DNA of 64,000 bases, from NCBI GenBank assembly GCA_907165135.1, contig OU015568.1, forward strand, positions 5,890,001 to 5,954,000, in the 5' to 3' direction. The stretch comes from Oikopleura dioica (lineage: Eukaryota; Animalia; Chordata). A program made the position numbers and the translations under genes. Positions 21,342-34,631 of this stretch are shown piece by piece. A model generated the notes under the pieces. That model made no database searches and was not told where the DNA came from. It was given only the letters and a program-made list of their open reading frames with translations. Within the stretch, counting starts at the first letter, position 1; each line of letters opens with the position of its first letter.

Positions 21342-24300
21342 ATGCCGGAAGAAACAGAGGAAATTGAAATCGAAGAGTTCTACTTTTTTTTTCGTTCAAA
21401 TTCTCACCCGTTATTTCAGGTTGACCCTGGACAACAGGACAAATGCGATAGTACCGGCGCCGCTAAAAGCGAATCGGGCGAGAATCAATGTCTCGGGGAC
21501 GAAGTTTGAGACTTTTATCGCGACGCTAGAAAAGTATCCAGGTAAGAAAAGGTTGCCATTAAGGGTTTCTCGTTGTTATTTAAGGGGAGAGGTTTTGATT
21601 AAAGTTTGTTCAGCTTCATTTATTTGATTAATTGATCGCCAACGAGTTCAAACTTAAGGGTACTACCATCGATTTCTCGAACTTTTTCCTTTTTGGATAT
21701 CAAAGGTAGTCCCCTTAATTTTCTGTTTTTTTTTTTAGATTCGCTACTTGGAAATCGCGAAAAGCGCCAAAAATTCTTCGATGCCGAAACTGACGAATAC
21801 TTTTTCGACCGAAACCCCGAATGTTTCAAAATTATTCTGGAAAGGTCAAAAAACGCCTTGCCGGGGACAGTCTTTGCCGAGCACTTAAAATATAACTACT
21901 TGGAAAACACTTGGAGTCCAAGTTCATGTTTGAAAATTCATGATTTTTGACCTTGACTGTGAGTCGTTTCTACAGTCGGATAAGCTGACGCTGCCGATGA
22001 CGGTGGACATTGAAACCCTCGCCGCGGAAATTTCTTACTTCGAATTGACGTTCAACTTCATCGACCGAGAAGTTCAAACTGAAGAGGACCTTTTTACAAA
22101 CAAAAAAAAGGTATTGACCCCTTTTGAACCCTTTTTATTTAACAAACAAATGAAGACAAAAAAGGACAAAGTGGTAATAGTAAGGGTAAGAAATTGCATC
22201 TTTCGTTTGTCTCGTCAAAAATGATATGTCAATAGAAAATATCAATAGCATAAGTGCCAAACTACTAGAGAACTCTTTGTGTCTGTTTAGATGTCAATAT
22301 TAAGGGTATATCAAGGGCTTAAGGCTTGGAAGCCCTTAATATACAGCCAGAATAAGTGCCTGTTTTTATCCGCTTTTTAGGAGAGCTCTCGAAATCGGGA
22401 AAAATTCGAAAAGCGATTTGGGACATGCTGGAGAAGCCGCAGAGCTCGACTTTTGCTTTCTGCTTTTCGGTGTTTATTCAAATGCTTATTCTGCTCTCCA
22501 TTCTGATTTTCGTCTTGGAGAGTTTGCCTGAATATCGCATCGAATACGGTAAAATCAGATTATTCAAAAAATATTGTTCAAAAAATTTTCTCAGTGCCGA
22601 CTTACATGGAGCCCGTTTTAAAATCCTTCAACTGCGAGGAAATAATCGACCGCTCCTGCTCCGTCTGGAACGACGTCAGTTCCTCCGACTGCCAACAACT
22701 CTGTCTCAACAACTCGATTCCAGACGACTGCTCCTTTTTCAACAACCGCCAATGTCACTCCGTCAGCTACGACGAATCCAGCAGGCAGTGCGTCTTCCAA
22801 TCAAACTGCAAGGAAGAAGAAGTGCTCTTCGAAAAAGTGATAAACGACGAAAAAGCGAGCGACATCGAAAAAACACTGGCGGTTTTTAGCAGCATAAATG
22901 CTGTTTGCATCGCGGTTTTCACGATTGAAATTATTTTGAGACTCATCGCCACTCCAAAGGTACAAATTTGAGAATTTTTTTTAAGAAAAATAGTCTTCCA
23001 TGATTTCAAAGACTAGAGTTAATCGAATAGGCTATTTCAATTTTAACCCATCAGTGCTTGCTAAGTCCAATCTTGGCTCGGAAACCTGTCTAGAAAACCT
23101 GAGTCATGGTCTGAAAGATCTTTAGTGAAAAGCCTAGTAGCGGCTTTTTTTAAAACAAAGCCGCAAAGCGGCTTCGCTAAAATAGAAGAAATTGATTCAA
23201 ATTGAAAGATATTATATCCTTTTTAGCGAAGTTGCCTTGCGGCTTAGTTTTTAAAAAGCCGCTGCGCGGCTATTCATCTTGAGATTTTTCAGACCCTGAC
23301 TCAGGTTTTCTAGACAGGTTGCTGAGCCCTTTATTTATTCCGGCAAGAGTTGATGGGTTAACTCATCATTGCTTTTTACCAATTATTTGGCTGTCGATCA
23401 GTTTTTAACAGTTGATTTAAATTTATCCAACACAGATTTTAATTGTGATTAATTAAAAATCTCGAATTAGAAAGAAGGCCCCCGTAGCAAATACAGCGGC
23501 TTCGGAGTAAGTAATTTCTTTCCACTTTGCATATTCCGTGCTTTGCATTTATAATCCGCCGTTGCTCATTCCATTTCCTCGTAACCCGCAAAACTAACCT
23601 TTCAGAGAAGACAAGAGCCACGGAAGAGAAAATCGAGCCGGCCGAGAGGCGTTGAAGAGAGTTCTTTTCACAAACGGCTGCGCTTTTTCTCAGCAGATTT
23701 CCGAGCTGCTCAAGGGTATCCTTTTTCGGGTATTTCTTGTCCAATCAAAATATTCATTCGTTTTTTTCAGGGTGATGATTTTTGTAAGCTATTTTTGAAA
23801 TGCATGCTTTTGCAGAATTGCAGGTTTTTCAACGACTTTTCGACTAAAGCATCAATAAGTCCTTTTTGGGCAAATTTGCTCAAATAGGTTAAATTTAGCG
23901 GATGAGCCATTGACTTAGTTTGGCAACAAGTGTAGAAAAGCTGTCTCAGAAATCCTCTTCTCAGAGCCCTGAGGCAGTTTTTCACACAAGTTGTTAAACC
24001 AACTAAATGGTTTCTTCGCAAAATTTAACCCATTTGAGCAAATCTGTCCAAAAAGGACACAAATCAAAAGTCGTAGGAAAACGCCGCAACTTTGGTGTTT
24101 CAAAATTCCCTTCTTCATCATTCTAACCTCCTCATTTCTAGCCAAAAGCCTTCTTCCTCGACCCGCTAAATATCATCGATCTTCTGGCAGTTCTGCCATT
24201 TTACATCGAACTCGTGATTCTTCAGGTTTATGGTAATCATGCATGAAACAGATTTGGAGTTGGAGATGCTTTCTTTCCAGAATTTATTGAGTTCAAATTC

Positions 24301-26130
24301 GAATAGTGATCATTAGATTAGACCAGTAATTTTGCTTTTATGATTTGCTTGAAATTATGATCGAGCTCTCTTTTGATTGGCTAAGGTTGGAGCGCCACCT
24401 ACTCTTTGATTTTTCTTGAATCTGATTAGACGGAATAAGGGAACTCAATTGATTTAATACTTAAATAATATTTATTACAATAACAAAATATAATTAATAA
24501 TTAAATGATAAAAAATATATAAATATTTAAGTTTTAATGAATAAATAAAAATAATAATAAGAGATAAAATTATTGATGAAATAAATTATTCTGATAATTT
24601 TTAGATTCTGCTGTTTCTTCATTTTATTGTCATATTTCTTTTGAAATATGCTTTCGACATTTTTTTAAATATTTTTCTTTTGAAAAATTCGAAAAAATTA
24701 ACAAAAAAAACCTCCCTCTTTTGAAATGATCTAACAAGAATTGATTTTTTTTTCTTTCGCTGGGCGAGTTTTATTTTTGATTGGCGCAAAAATGAGCAGA
24801 TCAGCTTTGTCAATGTCGTTGATGTTATCATATAAGAGCTCCAAACTGACATTTCTGGAGAGACGAGCGAGCAGAAATCGGAAATGTTTCGCATTTTGCG
24901 AATTATTCGGCTCATTCGCGTCATTCGCATCCTCCGCTTTTCCAGATACAATCAGAATCTTCAAACTCTTGGTAAGCCATTTCCTCGGCTCGGAAACCTG
25001 TGTACAAAACCTGAGTCAGGGTCTGAAAGAAAACTAATGAAAAGCCGCGCAGCGGCTCCTTTATCCAAGCCGCGAATTTTGCGGCTTCGTTTTATAAAAG
25101 CCGCCATGCGGCTTTTCATTATTGATCTTCCAGACCCTGACTTAGGTTTTTACACAGGTTTCCTAACCCAGGCCTTTTCTTATAAATGACCATCTGTTGA
25201 CGTTTTTCTAAGGAAGGAGTTTGCTGAAATCAACGAGGGAAATCGGCTTTCTGATCATGTTTTATTTGATCTTCTCGATTTTGTGCGCGACGATTGCTTT
25301 TTACGTCGAAAATGAAGTCGAGGACACTGGATTCGACAGCATTCCAAGGTACTTAATTCTTTCTCGTCAATTAACCGCTAATTTCTAGTTCTCTCTGGTG
25401 GGCAATCGTAACGATGACTACTGTAGGCTACGGAGACATGTTTCCCGTAACAGGTAAGCAAACAAACGACCGGCTCCATTTCTCTTAACCCGTTTTAGGA
25501 ATTGGCCGATTTATTGGCTGCATAGCTGTTTTCTGCGGTATTCTCTGCGTTGCACTGCCAATTCCATTCATTTCGAATGCCTTTGAAATGGAATACAAGA
25601 AAGTTCAGGTAAAAAAGAAATATTTATTGAATTGGTTTGGTAAACATGTAAGCAGTTTCCTTTTCTGGAAGTATCTCTCTGCCTTTTCGAGCTCAACTGT
25701 CGTCGTTTTTTTCGACGACAGAGTTCGCAATGCGGAGAAATTTTCTCTGTTTATTTTCTCGCCTTCGTAATTTCTGAAAAAATTTGTTTTTTCTGAATAA
25801 AATTCAAGAGCTTACCTCTTTAAAACGCCCTTCGGACTCTACCAAGCCAGTAGACTGATCATTCCAGCTTTTTGCGCCCTATTTATAGCGAAAATTCTTG
25901 ATCTAGAAAAAAATTCCTTCGCGCGGCGCCTTTTTTGAAGCAAATTTCTCTAGACAAGCTTGTTCCAGAGACTCTTGCCATTTCCCCTCCCTCTCAACGG
26001 CCGCTGGTATCTAGAACCTTTGCTTCAGATCAAGTCGAAATTCCCGCTGGACGAGCAAGAGCCCGGCGAAGACGAGACGCTCCGAATGCGCCTGTGCATG
26101 TACCTCTTCGAGCTGCAAATGGAAGGCTGA
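21342..26130 (+). CDS. Shaker-family voltage-gated K+ channel (T1 + S1-S6) with a Cys-rich PAN/apple-like extracellular insert
   Basis: T1 [10 protein letters not shown]...[12 protein letters not shown]1 [11 protein letters not shown]...LESLPEY. S3 [15 protein letters not shown]4 [21 protein letters not shown]. Pore [18 protein letters not shown]6 ALPIPII. Last exon 26029-26130 ends ELQMEG*. Confidence 0.93.
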
Positions 26131-27087
26131 GACCTACACAAAAACAAAAACGCAATTTTCAACTTTTGATTCGAGCTTTGGGAGCACTGAGATGGGAGAG
26201 CCTTTCTTTGCTGATTATCGATTCGGATTCCATCAACTGACAATTTCTGTAAAATGAAAAATCATTGTGCCACACTTTCATCCAAACAAATAAATTATTT
26301 TCTTATAAAAGTGGCTGATTTCTTGAAGGTGATTTATTGAACATTGTGGAAAAATTTAGCCGAAAAAATTATAAATAAAATCAAATAATTTTTTTAATTA
26401 ATCAAACCCTAACCCTAACAAATTTACTTCAATAACAGAAATTTTAATAAGTAAACTTTGTAGAAGAGACCACGGGCTTTTCAATGAGCTAGGTCACTAA
26501 GTGCCAATCCTAATATTTCGAGTACTTATGTACACTTGAATTCGAGCATCTCTTTTTCGATCATAACTCGGCTCGTCGGCAAGATATGAAAATTTTAAAA
26601 GACGGAGATGAAAGAGAATAAAAAGTTTTGTTTGTGATCAAAATTTCACATAATTTCAATAAAAAGTTCGGGCTTATTGGCGGAAGTGAAAAATGAGAAA
26701 ATGGCGCGCGGCGCTCACCCGGCCTAGTCCCTTAAAAATCTTCAAATTGTATGAATCATAAAAAATAGTCGAAAGCTTATAAAAACTTTGGTTGTACATT
26801 TTGAAATCAGCCTGGGAATCAACTTCAAATTCTAGACACGTGGAAGCGCTGGAATGTAATTCGATAATATCAACGCTTACAAGCCAAAATAACCACAGTA
26901 ACAATTTTATCTGAAAGAGCCACGAGATTCTTTACCAATGAATTAAGACAAACTTGAATTTTCATCAAAAGAAATGCATGTATTCAGAAAACGATCAAAG
27001 AAAAAAGCAATTTGCGACAATTAAAAATAATTATTTTTCCTCACATTTACTTTTTCTTTCAATTAATTTGAAAAAAAAACAGAGAAA

Positions 27088-28936
27088 ATGAAAAATTCGA
27101 AAGTCAACGAAGCGGCTCTCTTTTCGAATTTTTGCGAAAACACTTCCGCCCATGGTCTCGGAAAAATCTCCGGATCAAAGAATCGAATTCTCAAATCGAC
27201 TTGGGCGCTCATTTTTCTGATTTCGCTGACGATTTTCTTCTGGCAGGCGACAATGCTGATCCTGGATTATCTCGAGTACCCGGTGAACTTGACGATGAAA
27301 GTGGTCAATCATCGCAACTCGACGTTTCCGGCCATCACCATTTGCAATCAGAATCGATTTCAAAATTCGAAATTGCAAGGAACGCCTTTTGAGCCGCTTG
27401 TTCGAATCGACGAGGCGCTAGAAAATGACCCGACGCTGAAAAGAAGAAAGAGAAGATTTGTGGAGCTGCAAGAGTTTTCTGATTTTGAAGAAAATGACAG
27501 TCAGCTGGTTTCGGATCTTTTCGTTCGGAATGAAAAACTCAACTGGACAATGATTCTTGACCAAGTCCCTGTCGATCGAGTCGCTTCTTTAGGACCGGCC
27601 GAAAAAGTGACACTTCTTTGATTGGCGAGAACGAAAAGCCGCTTGCAGCTTGGAGAAAAATGAGGCAGAAGAGCCGCATAATGCGGCCCGCATTATAACA
27701 GGCTTTATTTTTCCTACTCAAAGCCGCAAGCGGCTTTTCACTTGCCAAGGCTACGAAAATCTCTTCCTTGATTTCAAATTCTTTTTCAGCCGAAAACAAG
27801 ACAGCCTGATTTCCGCTTCGAAAGAAGAATCTGAGCAGTTCGGGCAAAGCTTTGAAGATTTTGTTATTTCATGCGAATTTGACCAGGCTCCTTGTGGAAG
27901 GGATGATTTTTTGACTTTTCAGCATGAGCAGTATGGAACTTGCCATACTTTCAATGGTCATTCCATGAAGAAGAGGAGTACCTCAAACATCGGTTAGTTT
28001 CCCCAAATAAAGAGAATCTCAAAGTCTTGATTTCAGGAACGGAGTACGGATTGAAGCTGATTCTCTTCGCCGACGAGTCCGAATACGTCGGCGCCACCTC
28101 CGCGACCGTCGGAGTCCGCTTCGACATCCACCAATACGGATCAATTTCGTTCCCGGAAGAACACGGTCAAAACGCTCCAGTTGGCGCTGCAACGGCCGTT
28201 TCTCTCAGAGCGAATCAAATTTCAAGAACGGTTCTACCTTGGAACAAGGAGAACTGTACCAATGTTTATGACTCGAACGATCCGGAGTTTGACGGACATT
28301 ATACTTACAGAGCTTGTCAGAAAGGATGTCTTCAGCGGCATTTGAGGGATGAGTGTGGCTGTGTGACGTCATTGTTTTTAAAGAAAAATGACCGTGTTTG
28401 TGATTTACTGCACAAAACAACTTGTAAGTGCCTGTATTGTGTCGTCGTTAATTGATTTAATTGAAGACCTTTGTGTTGAAAAAATCAAGGAAGACTTCAA
28501 ATCAGGGCTAATTAGTGACTGTTTCTGCAGCCAGCGTTGTTCCGAGGTCTTTTATGACTGTACGTAAAACTTTCTTTAGACAATGAATAATATTTTTCCA
28601 GTGCACTACAGTACGGTAAAATGGCCGAGTTCTCAATACGAAGGGCTGTTGCTCAGCGCGATTTCGAATTCAACCGCTGCGGCAAAAATTCGCAATTCGA
28701 CTGATCTCCAGTCCGCTGTGGAGGATAATCTGCTCCGACTGAGCTTCACCTTCGACGAATTGAACGCAAAACTGATCGAAGAAAGCCCAAAATACGACAT
28801 TTGGACGCTTTTTGCGAATATTGGCGGAACACTCGGACTATACGTCGGAATTTCATTTATTACTTTGTTCGAATTTCTCGAAGTTGTTGCCGACATTTGC
28901 CTGTTTACCTGCTGCTATCGTTGTAGTAAAGACTAA
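27088..28936 (+). CDS. DEG/ENaC (ASIC-like) sodium channel, copy B, full length
   Basis: N-terminal FCENTSAHG motif, TM1, ITICNQNRF, Cys-rich ectodomain, TM2 with GIS filter. Confidence 0.93.
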
Positions 28937-29141
28937 ATTCAATAAAAAGCTTCCTTTCTTTATGGCGGATAAACTTCTTGAGCCCAGCGCCTGGGGCCAA
29001 TCAGAACGCTCGGAGATTCGCCATCTTTTCTCGCTCTTTTTCAATCTCCCGTTTTTACTATTTTTCGCACTTTTCCGCGTAAAACAAACAAATCAACAGT
29101 CTTCAAGAGCATCAACATGTAGAGAAGAAAACAGTCGAAAA

Positions 29142-30853
29142 ATGAGGATCTCATTGGTTTTCTCGCTTTTAGGACTCGTTTTTGGAGAGAAATTAAAATA
29201 TGAAAACAGCGAGTCTGACAGACCTAATATCGTTTTTGCGATAATTGATGATTACGGATACAACGACATTGGATACCACCAGGTAAATAAACATTTGAGG
29301 CCATGTAAAGAGCTGTTCTTTGAAATAGGACATCATCAAGACGCCGAACATCGATGCTATTTCCGCCTCCGGAGTGCGCCTCGAAAACTACTACGTGCAG
29401 CCAATCTGCACTCCCTCCCGCTCCCAGCTCCTCTCTGGCCGCTATCAAATCCACACTGGCCTGCAGCATCAGCTCATTTGGATGGGAATGCCCTCCGCTC
29501 TTCCCTTAGACACGGAATTGCTCCCCGAGACGATGAGAAACTGCGGCTACCACACGATGGCCGCGGGAAAGTGGCATGTCGGCTATGCCAAAACGGCAAA
29601 CACGCCTTGGGGCAGAGGATTCCAAAACTTCACCGGTTACCTCGGCGGATCGGAGGACTATTACAAGAAAACGCGGTGCTTGGACTCGCACACTTGCGGA
29701 ATCGACCAAAACACGGATGGAGATGTTTTCGGGCAGCGAGTTTACGAAGCTGATCCAAGCGAATACTCGGCGTTTAAATACATTCGCCAGGCGAAAAAGT
29801 ACATTGACGGGCGAGACAAAAACAAGCCCTTCTTTCTCTATCTTCCCATGCAATCAGTTCACGCGCCGCTCGAAGCACCAGCCGAGTACATCGCAAAATA
29901 CGACGGAATCATCGACGACAAGCCGAGAAAGATCTACGCGGGAATGGTGTCCGTGATGGACGAAGGAATAGGAAACATCACTTCACATTTGAAGGAAGCT
30001 GGCTTGTGGAACAACACGATCTTCATCTTCTCCACTGACAACGGCGGACAAGCTTATGTCGGCGGCAACAACCTCCCTTTGCGAGGCAACAAGGGCGGCT
30101 ACTGGGAAGGCGGCGTTCATGGAAACGGCTTCGTCGCTGGAGGATACTTTGAGACCCGAAGAACCGGGAACGAAGTCGTCAACAAGGAGCTCATCCACAT
30201 TTCCGACTGGTACCCGACGATCATGGAAGCTACTGGCTGCCAGAAAGCGCCGAATTCGCCCGATTTGGATGGAATGTCTCAGTGGAAAATGCTCCTGGAT
30301 CTGGAGCAGTCTCGTGAGTCAAAATTCTAGCGCGCTTTTTTTATTGAATTTCGTTAGCTCGGGATGAAATTTTGCATAACATCGACGAAATGACCGTGGC
30401 GAAAGGCTCTGACAATCGAACTTTCAAGTCGGACTTCGATATTTCCGTCCAAGGTAAAGCAAAAATCAACCCTCAAAATTCAACCCAAAAATTCAAGCGG
30501 CGATCCGCTGGAATAACTGGAAATTGCTGACCGGCGACCCTGGCTACCCAGACTTTCCAATCACCATTCCTCCTCAAGGCAACAAAAAGCCCATTTTCAC
30601 GGTCGAAAACGGGCTTCAATACCCAATCCCGCCGCGGCCAAAACCTCTCGACCGACTCGTCCGCCTCTATGACGTCATCAAGGACCCAACTGAGAGCAAC
30701 GAGATTTCAGACTTCCATCTGGACGTGGTTGAATTTCTGCTAGATCGACTTTCGTTCTGGAACTCGACGCAAGTGCCGATCAATTTTCCCGATGTGGATC
30801 CGAAGAGCTTTCCGGAATATCATCAGGGCTTTTGGAAACCTTGGCTTGGCTGA
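29142..30853 (+). CDS. Arylsulfatase B/I/J-like sulfatase
   Basis: Signal peptide, PNIVFAIIDDYGYNDIGY, LENYYVQPICTPSRSQLLSGRYQIHTGLQH, GKWHVG, QSVHAP, FSTDNGG, NLPLRGNK, WEGG, C-terminal WKPW. The introns splice in frame. Confidence 0.95.
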
Positions 30854-31289
30854 ATAAGTGAACTTTGCTGAAAACTGAGAGAAATAAAGAAAAGCATAAA
30901 AAACTGAGGAATTACCTTAATCTTGAATTTGAGAAAGAACTCGTCTGTATGTAATTACACTTTAATTTATGCATCGATAGACCCGCTGTAAGGTAAATTT
31001 TAGCTTCCGGAAGTCAAACATTCGTTGAAATTTACTCAGCTCAGCAGGTAATCTCGCTCACTTCCTTCCTCCATCAAAAACCCCTCCTATTCCAACGCCC
31101 TATAATTTCGACTAAAAATTCGACTTTTACTGGCATGGCGTGGAATTTTTGCAAATTGAATGCTGGGATTTAAACAAGCTCACTCTCGACGATTTTCTTG
31201 GCTCAGTCGAGATCAGGTTCTCTTCCTTGATTTATTTTCTTCAACAATCAAAATACAAATAAATTAAACGAAAAATATATTTTTATTTC

Positions 31290-33746
31290 GCCTTTAATCA
31301 GTGAACAATCGCTGTCGAAATCATCTTCGTCCTTCTCCATGTTTCCGCTGCCCAAAGTAGGGGTATTTCGATCTGGACCGCGGCCATCCCACAGATATTG
31401 ATTGATCAAGAAAGCGTGTTTCTGCAAAAAATAATTTGACTTTTTATTATTTTTTGATATTTTCTCACCACTTTGTTGCTTTCGACGGCTTCAAAGTACA
31501 TTTTGGTGAATACAGGCTCGTCCAGTTTGTTTGGACACCATTTGCTTCCGAGATACCCCTCTAAACCTGTTTCGTTTCGAGTAGCACTAGAATTTTGCAT
31601 GAAAAAGGCTTCAACACTGACAATAAAGACACCTGTCGAAAGAGTGAATTCGTCCAGTGTCGTAGTAGTGCTGCATTCTCTCTTCGTATGGCATTATTCT
31701 CATAATTTTTGCGAGTAATTTGCCTTCTTTTCCCGTGACCGGAACCTCGATTCCCTTCTGCATCTCTTCCGCTACATATGATTGAATTTCGTCTATCAAA
31801 TCCTTGTATTTTCTTAAATTTTCATTCTTCAACGCCAAATTGTTGAGTTCAAAGGGGTCGTTTTTCAGATTATAGAGTGAAAATCCAGAACTTCGAATCA
31901 TCTCGCCAACTTCTTTGTTCGGCTGAGGATCAGACAAATCCCAAACTTTTCTCATGTACTTTTCTCTTTTACTCGGATCCGGGAAAAGAAACTTCGTGTG
32001 CTCGTAGTTTGACCATCCTTCGGGACATTGGGTATTTCCGATGAGCTTTGATTGATAGTTCATAAACTTGAAATCTCCGAAACGCACAGCGTAAGTTGTT
32101 TTCCAGGCAAGATTTTCTTCGTGCCATTTGTGTAAAATCGCGTAAATAAATTTATCTCTGATTTGAGAAACAGTCGAGTTCTCGAAAAGCGCGTGTTGGT
32201 CGATTCCATCGAGATTTCTTGGCAGCGGTTTATTGTAACCTTTCGAGAGCTTTGAGAGCCGAAAATTTTTTGATTGAAAAAATTTTCTTGGGCTCTTTCC
32301 TGCGAAATGAAGAATGGTCGGAAAAAGTCCATGATGTTGATAATTCCGTCGATATTTCTCGAATGAAATTGCCTTTTAGTTGAATAGATCCAACTCGGAC
32401 TCAGGGTTCCTCCTTCAGTCAGGACGCTTTTATATCCTTTGTAGGGAAAACTGCATCCTCGTGGACCTTTTTCAAGACTGTCATAGGCCTGGAGGGCGCC
32501 CCCGTTGTCGGATTGAAAAATTACGATGGTTTCTCGGTCGAGTTTTGATGCTTCTTTGATGACACTTTCCATGGCGATGTCAATTGATTTCACAGCGGCG
32601 AGTTGCATTCGTCGGGTACTTGGTAAATCAGGATAAAGAGCGTCCATTTCATCCTGAGGATGGCGTCTTTTTTCAAAGATTGAAGACCTTCCTTACCTTC
32701 AAAACTTGTGGAGCAGCGACTATTTCATGCGGAGCATTAAAAGCAAGATACACAAAATTCGGCTGATCTGCATTTTCTCTCAAAACTTTGTTCGTTCTGT
32801 CCTGGGGTCGGCATCCGTGCACGGCGCCCGGGGCACGTGCCCCGCCCCGCTGCCCCGAATGCCCCGTTTTTTACAACGGGGCGGGACGGGGCACCGATTG
32901 TATGGTGCCCCGTTGTGCCCCGCTTCACTATTCTTGGTAAAATTGAGGTTCTAGAAATGGATTTGTGGCTCAGGGGCACACGGGGCAAACGGGACACGCG
33001 GGGCGGGGCGGGGCACCATGATTCGACGCGCCGATGCCGACCCCAGGTTCTGTTACTCCAAGTGTACGAAGCGAACTCGAAGCCGTTCTCAGGAATGTGC
33101 GGCTCTCCGTTTAGAAAATGATTCAGATAGTTTCTAAGATGCCCTGAAGCAGCATGAGTATGGTAGTCGACTGCACCACCATAATGACTTTAAATCAGCT
33201 GAAATCAAAGCGAGAATGAGAACCTACCCTAGAAAAGTGTCAAATCCTCGATTCTGCGGGAGAAATGAGTCATTGCAATATCCAAGGTGCCATTTGCCCA
33301 CTGCATGAGTTGTGTATCCGATCTTTTTCAGGTATTCTGGCAGAAGTTTCTCCTTGAGGCTGAGTCCATTTGGAACTTCGGAAGAAAGAGGGTCCGTCCC
33401 AAGGCCGTATCGGAAAGCATACCTACCAGTGAGCAGCTGAGCGCGCGAAGGAGTGCATCTTTCCAAGAATTTCGCATTTTAACGATTCAAGCCTTGAATT
33501 TCAAGGATCCTTCATTCTAGTTATTTTAATTCTCTTCCTATGAGTTGAATAAGAGTTTCTCAATTTGCTGGCTCTGCCCGTTTCAATCAAATCCGCCATA
33601 AAAGGCGTCGAATTAACGGCTTTGTTATTCCAAGTGACATCTGACCATCCCAAGTCGTCAGTAAGCACAAAAATTATATTTGGTCTCTCATCTGCTGATA
33701 CCCACGATTCGATAAAAATCAGAAGAAAAAAAGGAAGGGTAATCAT
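31290..33746 (-). pseudogene. Arylsulfatase copy B (inverted paralog of 11875-14032), probably disabled
   Basis: Same exon structure as copy A. It carries a 245-bp insertion inside exon 3 and a 1-nt deletion in a T-run near 32325 (five T after GAC vs six in copy A). Confidence 0.85.
32802..33046. mobile_element. GC-rich hAT-like MITE with GGGCAC/GCCCC repeats, inserted in a sulfatase exon
   Basis: TIR CTGGGGTCGGCATC / GATGCCGACCCCAG. 8-bp TSD GTTCTGTC / GTTCTGTT. Copy A at about 12545-12560 shows the empty site. Confidence 0.9.
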
Positions 33747-33989
33747 TTTCTCTTTGATCGGAAAAAATATTATTTGAGCGTGATTTTTTAAAAAGGCCGA
33801 AAATTATCTCATCTCCGAATCTGTTTTTCTGAGATTTTCAAAATATGAATTTTCTTCCATGCGCGCTTTTTGGATCCGAAGTTCTAGTTTTGGAACTTTT
33901 TGCAAGGATAAATCAGATAAATAACCAAGGAAAAATCTACATTCTGATTGCCTCGGTTTTGCTGAGCCTGATTTATTTTGAGGTAGTTT

Positions 33990-34255
33990 TCATTAGGCTA
34001 AGCTTACTTAGCTTAGATAGAAATAAATAAGCTTAGCTAAGCTAAATTGAATCGCTTGGCTAAGTTAAACTTAGCTCAAAAATTTAAGCTAAGACTAACT
34101 AGCTTCAACATGATTTTAGCTAAGTTTGCTTAGCTTACTTAAATAACTTATTCCGAATAAGCTTAGGGCGCCTAAGTTAGGGGGAGATACGACTAAGCTT
34201 TGCTAAGCTTAGTATTTTGAAAGAAAAAAATTCAGCTAAGCCAAGCTTAGCTTCA
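33990..34255. repeat. (CTAAG/CTTAG)-rich self-complementary repeat, probably a MITE remnant
   Basis: Dense GCTAAG, CTTAGC and AAGCTT units over about 260 bp. No clear termini identified. Confidence 0.55.
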
Positions 34256-34631
34256 TTTTTCAAGCCGAATACTGAAAAATAATTTCATTATTTGCTAGAA
34301 TTAAAATTTTATGAAAAATATTTTTTTATCAAAACAGAAATTATAAAAACGATGCTCCTGAAAATCTTTCCAGAAGCCATTGAATTTGAAGTAGTCTTCT
34401 GAGCAGCGCTTGTTTGAAATTTGCTTGGCGATTGAGCAAATCTTGTCCGAACATTTAAATTTTCATTTTGATTTCTTTGCTTGTTTGAGCATTTCTAATT
34501 TCGAGATATCAAACCATAGCGACAGAGAAAAAATTAAAAAGCGCTAGAGGAGCTGTTCAAACAGAAAATTTGAAACAGAAATCAGAAGACAATTGTTTCG
34601 AATTTGTAAAAACGAAAACGAAGAAAGAAAC

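Noticed and set aside
32706-33121. GC-rich Pro/Gly/Arg ORFs
   Set aside because: They are translations of the GC-rich MITE, which has TIRs, a TSD and an empty paralogous site.
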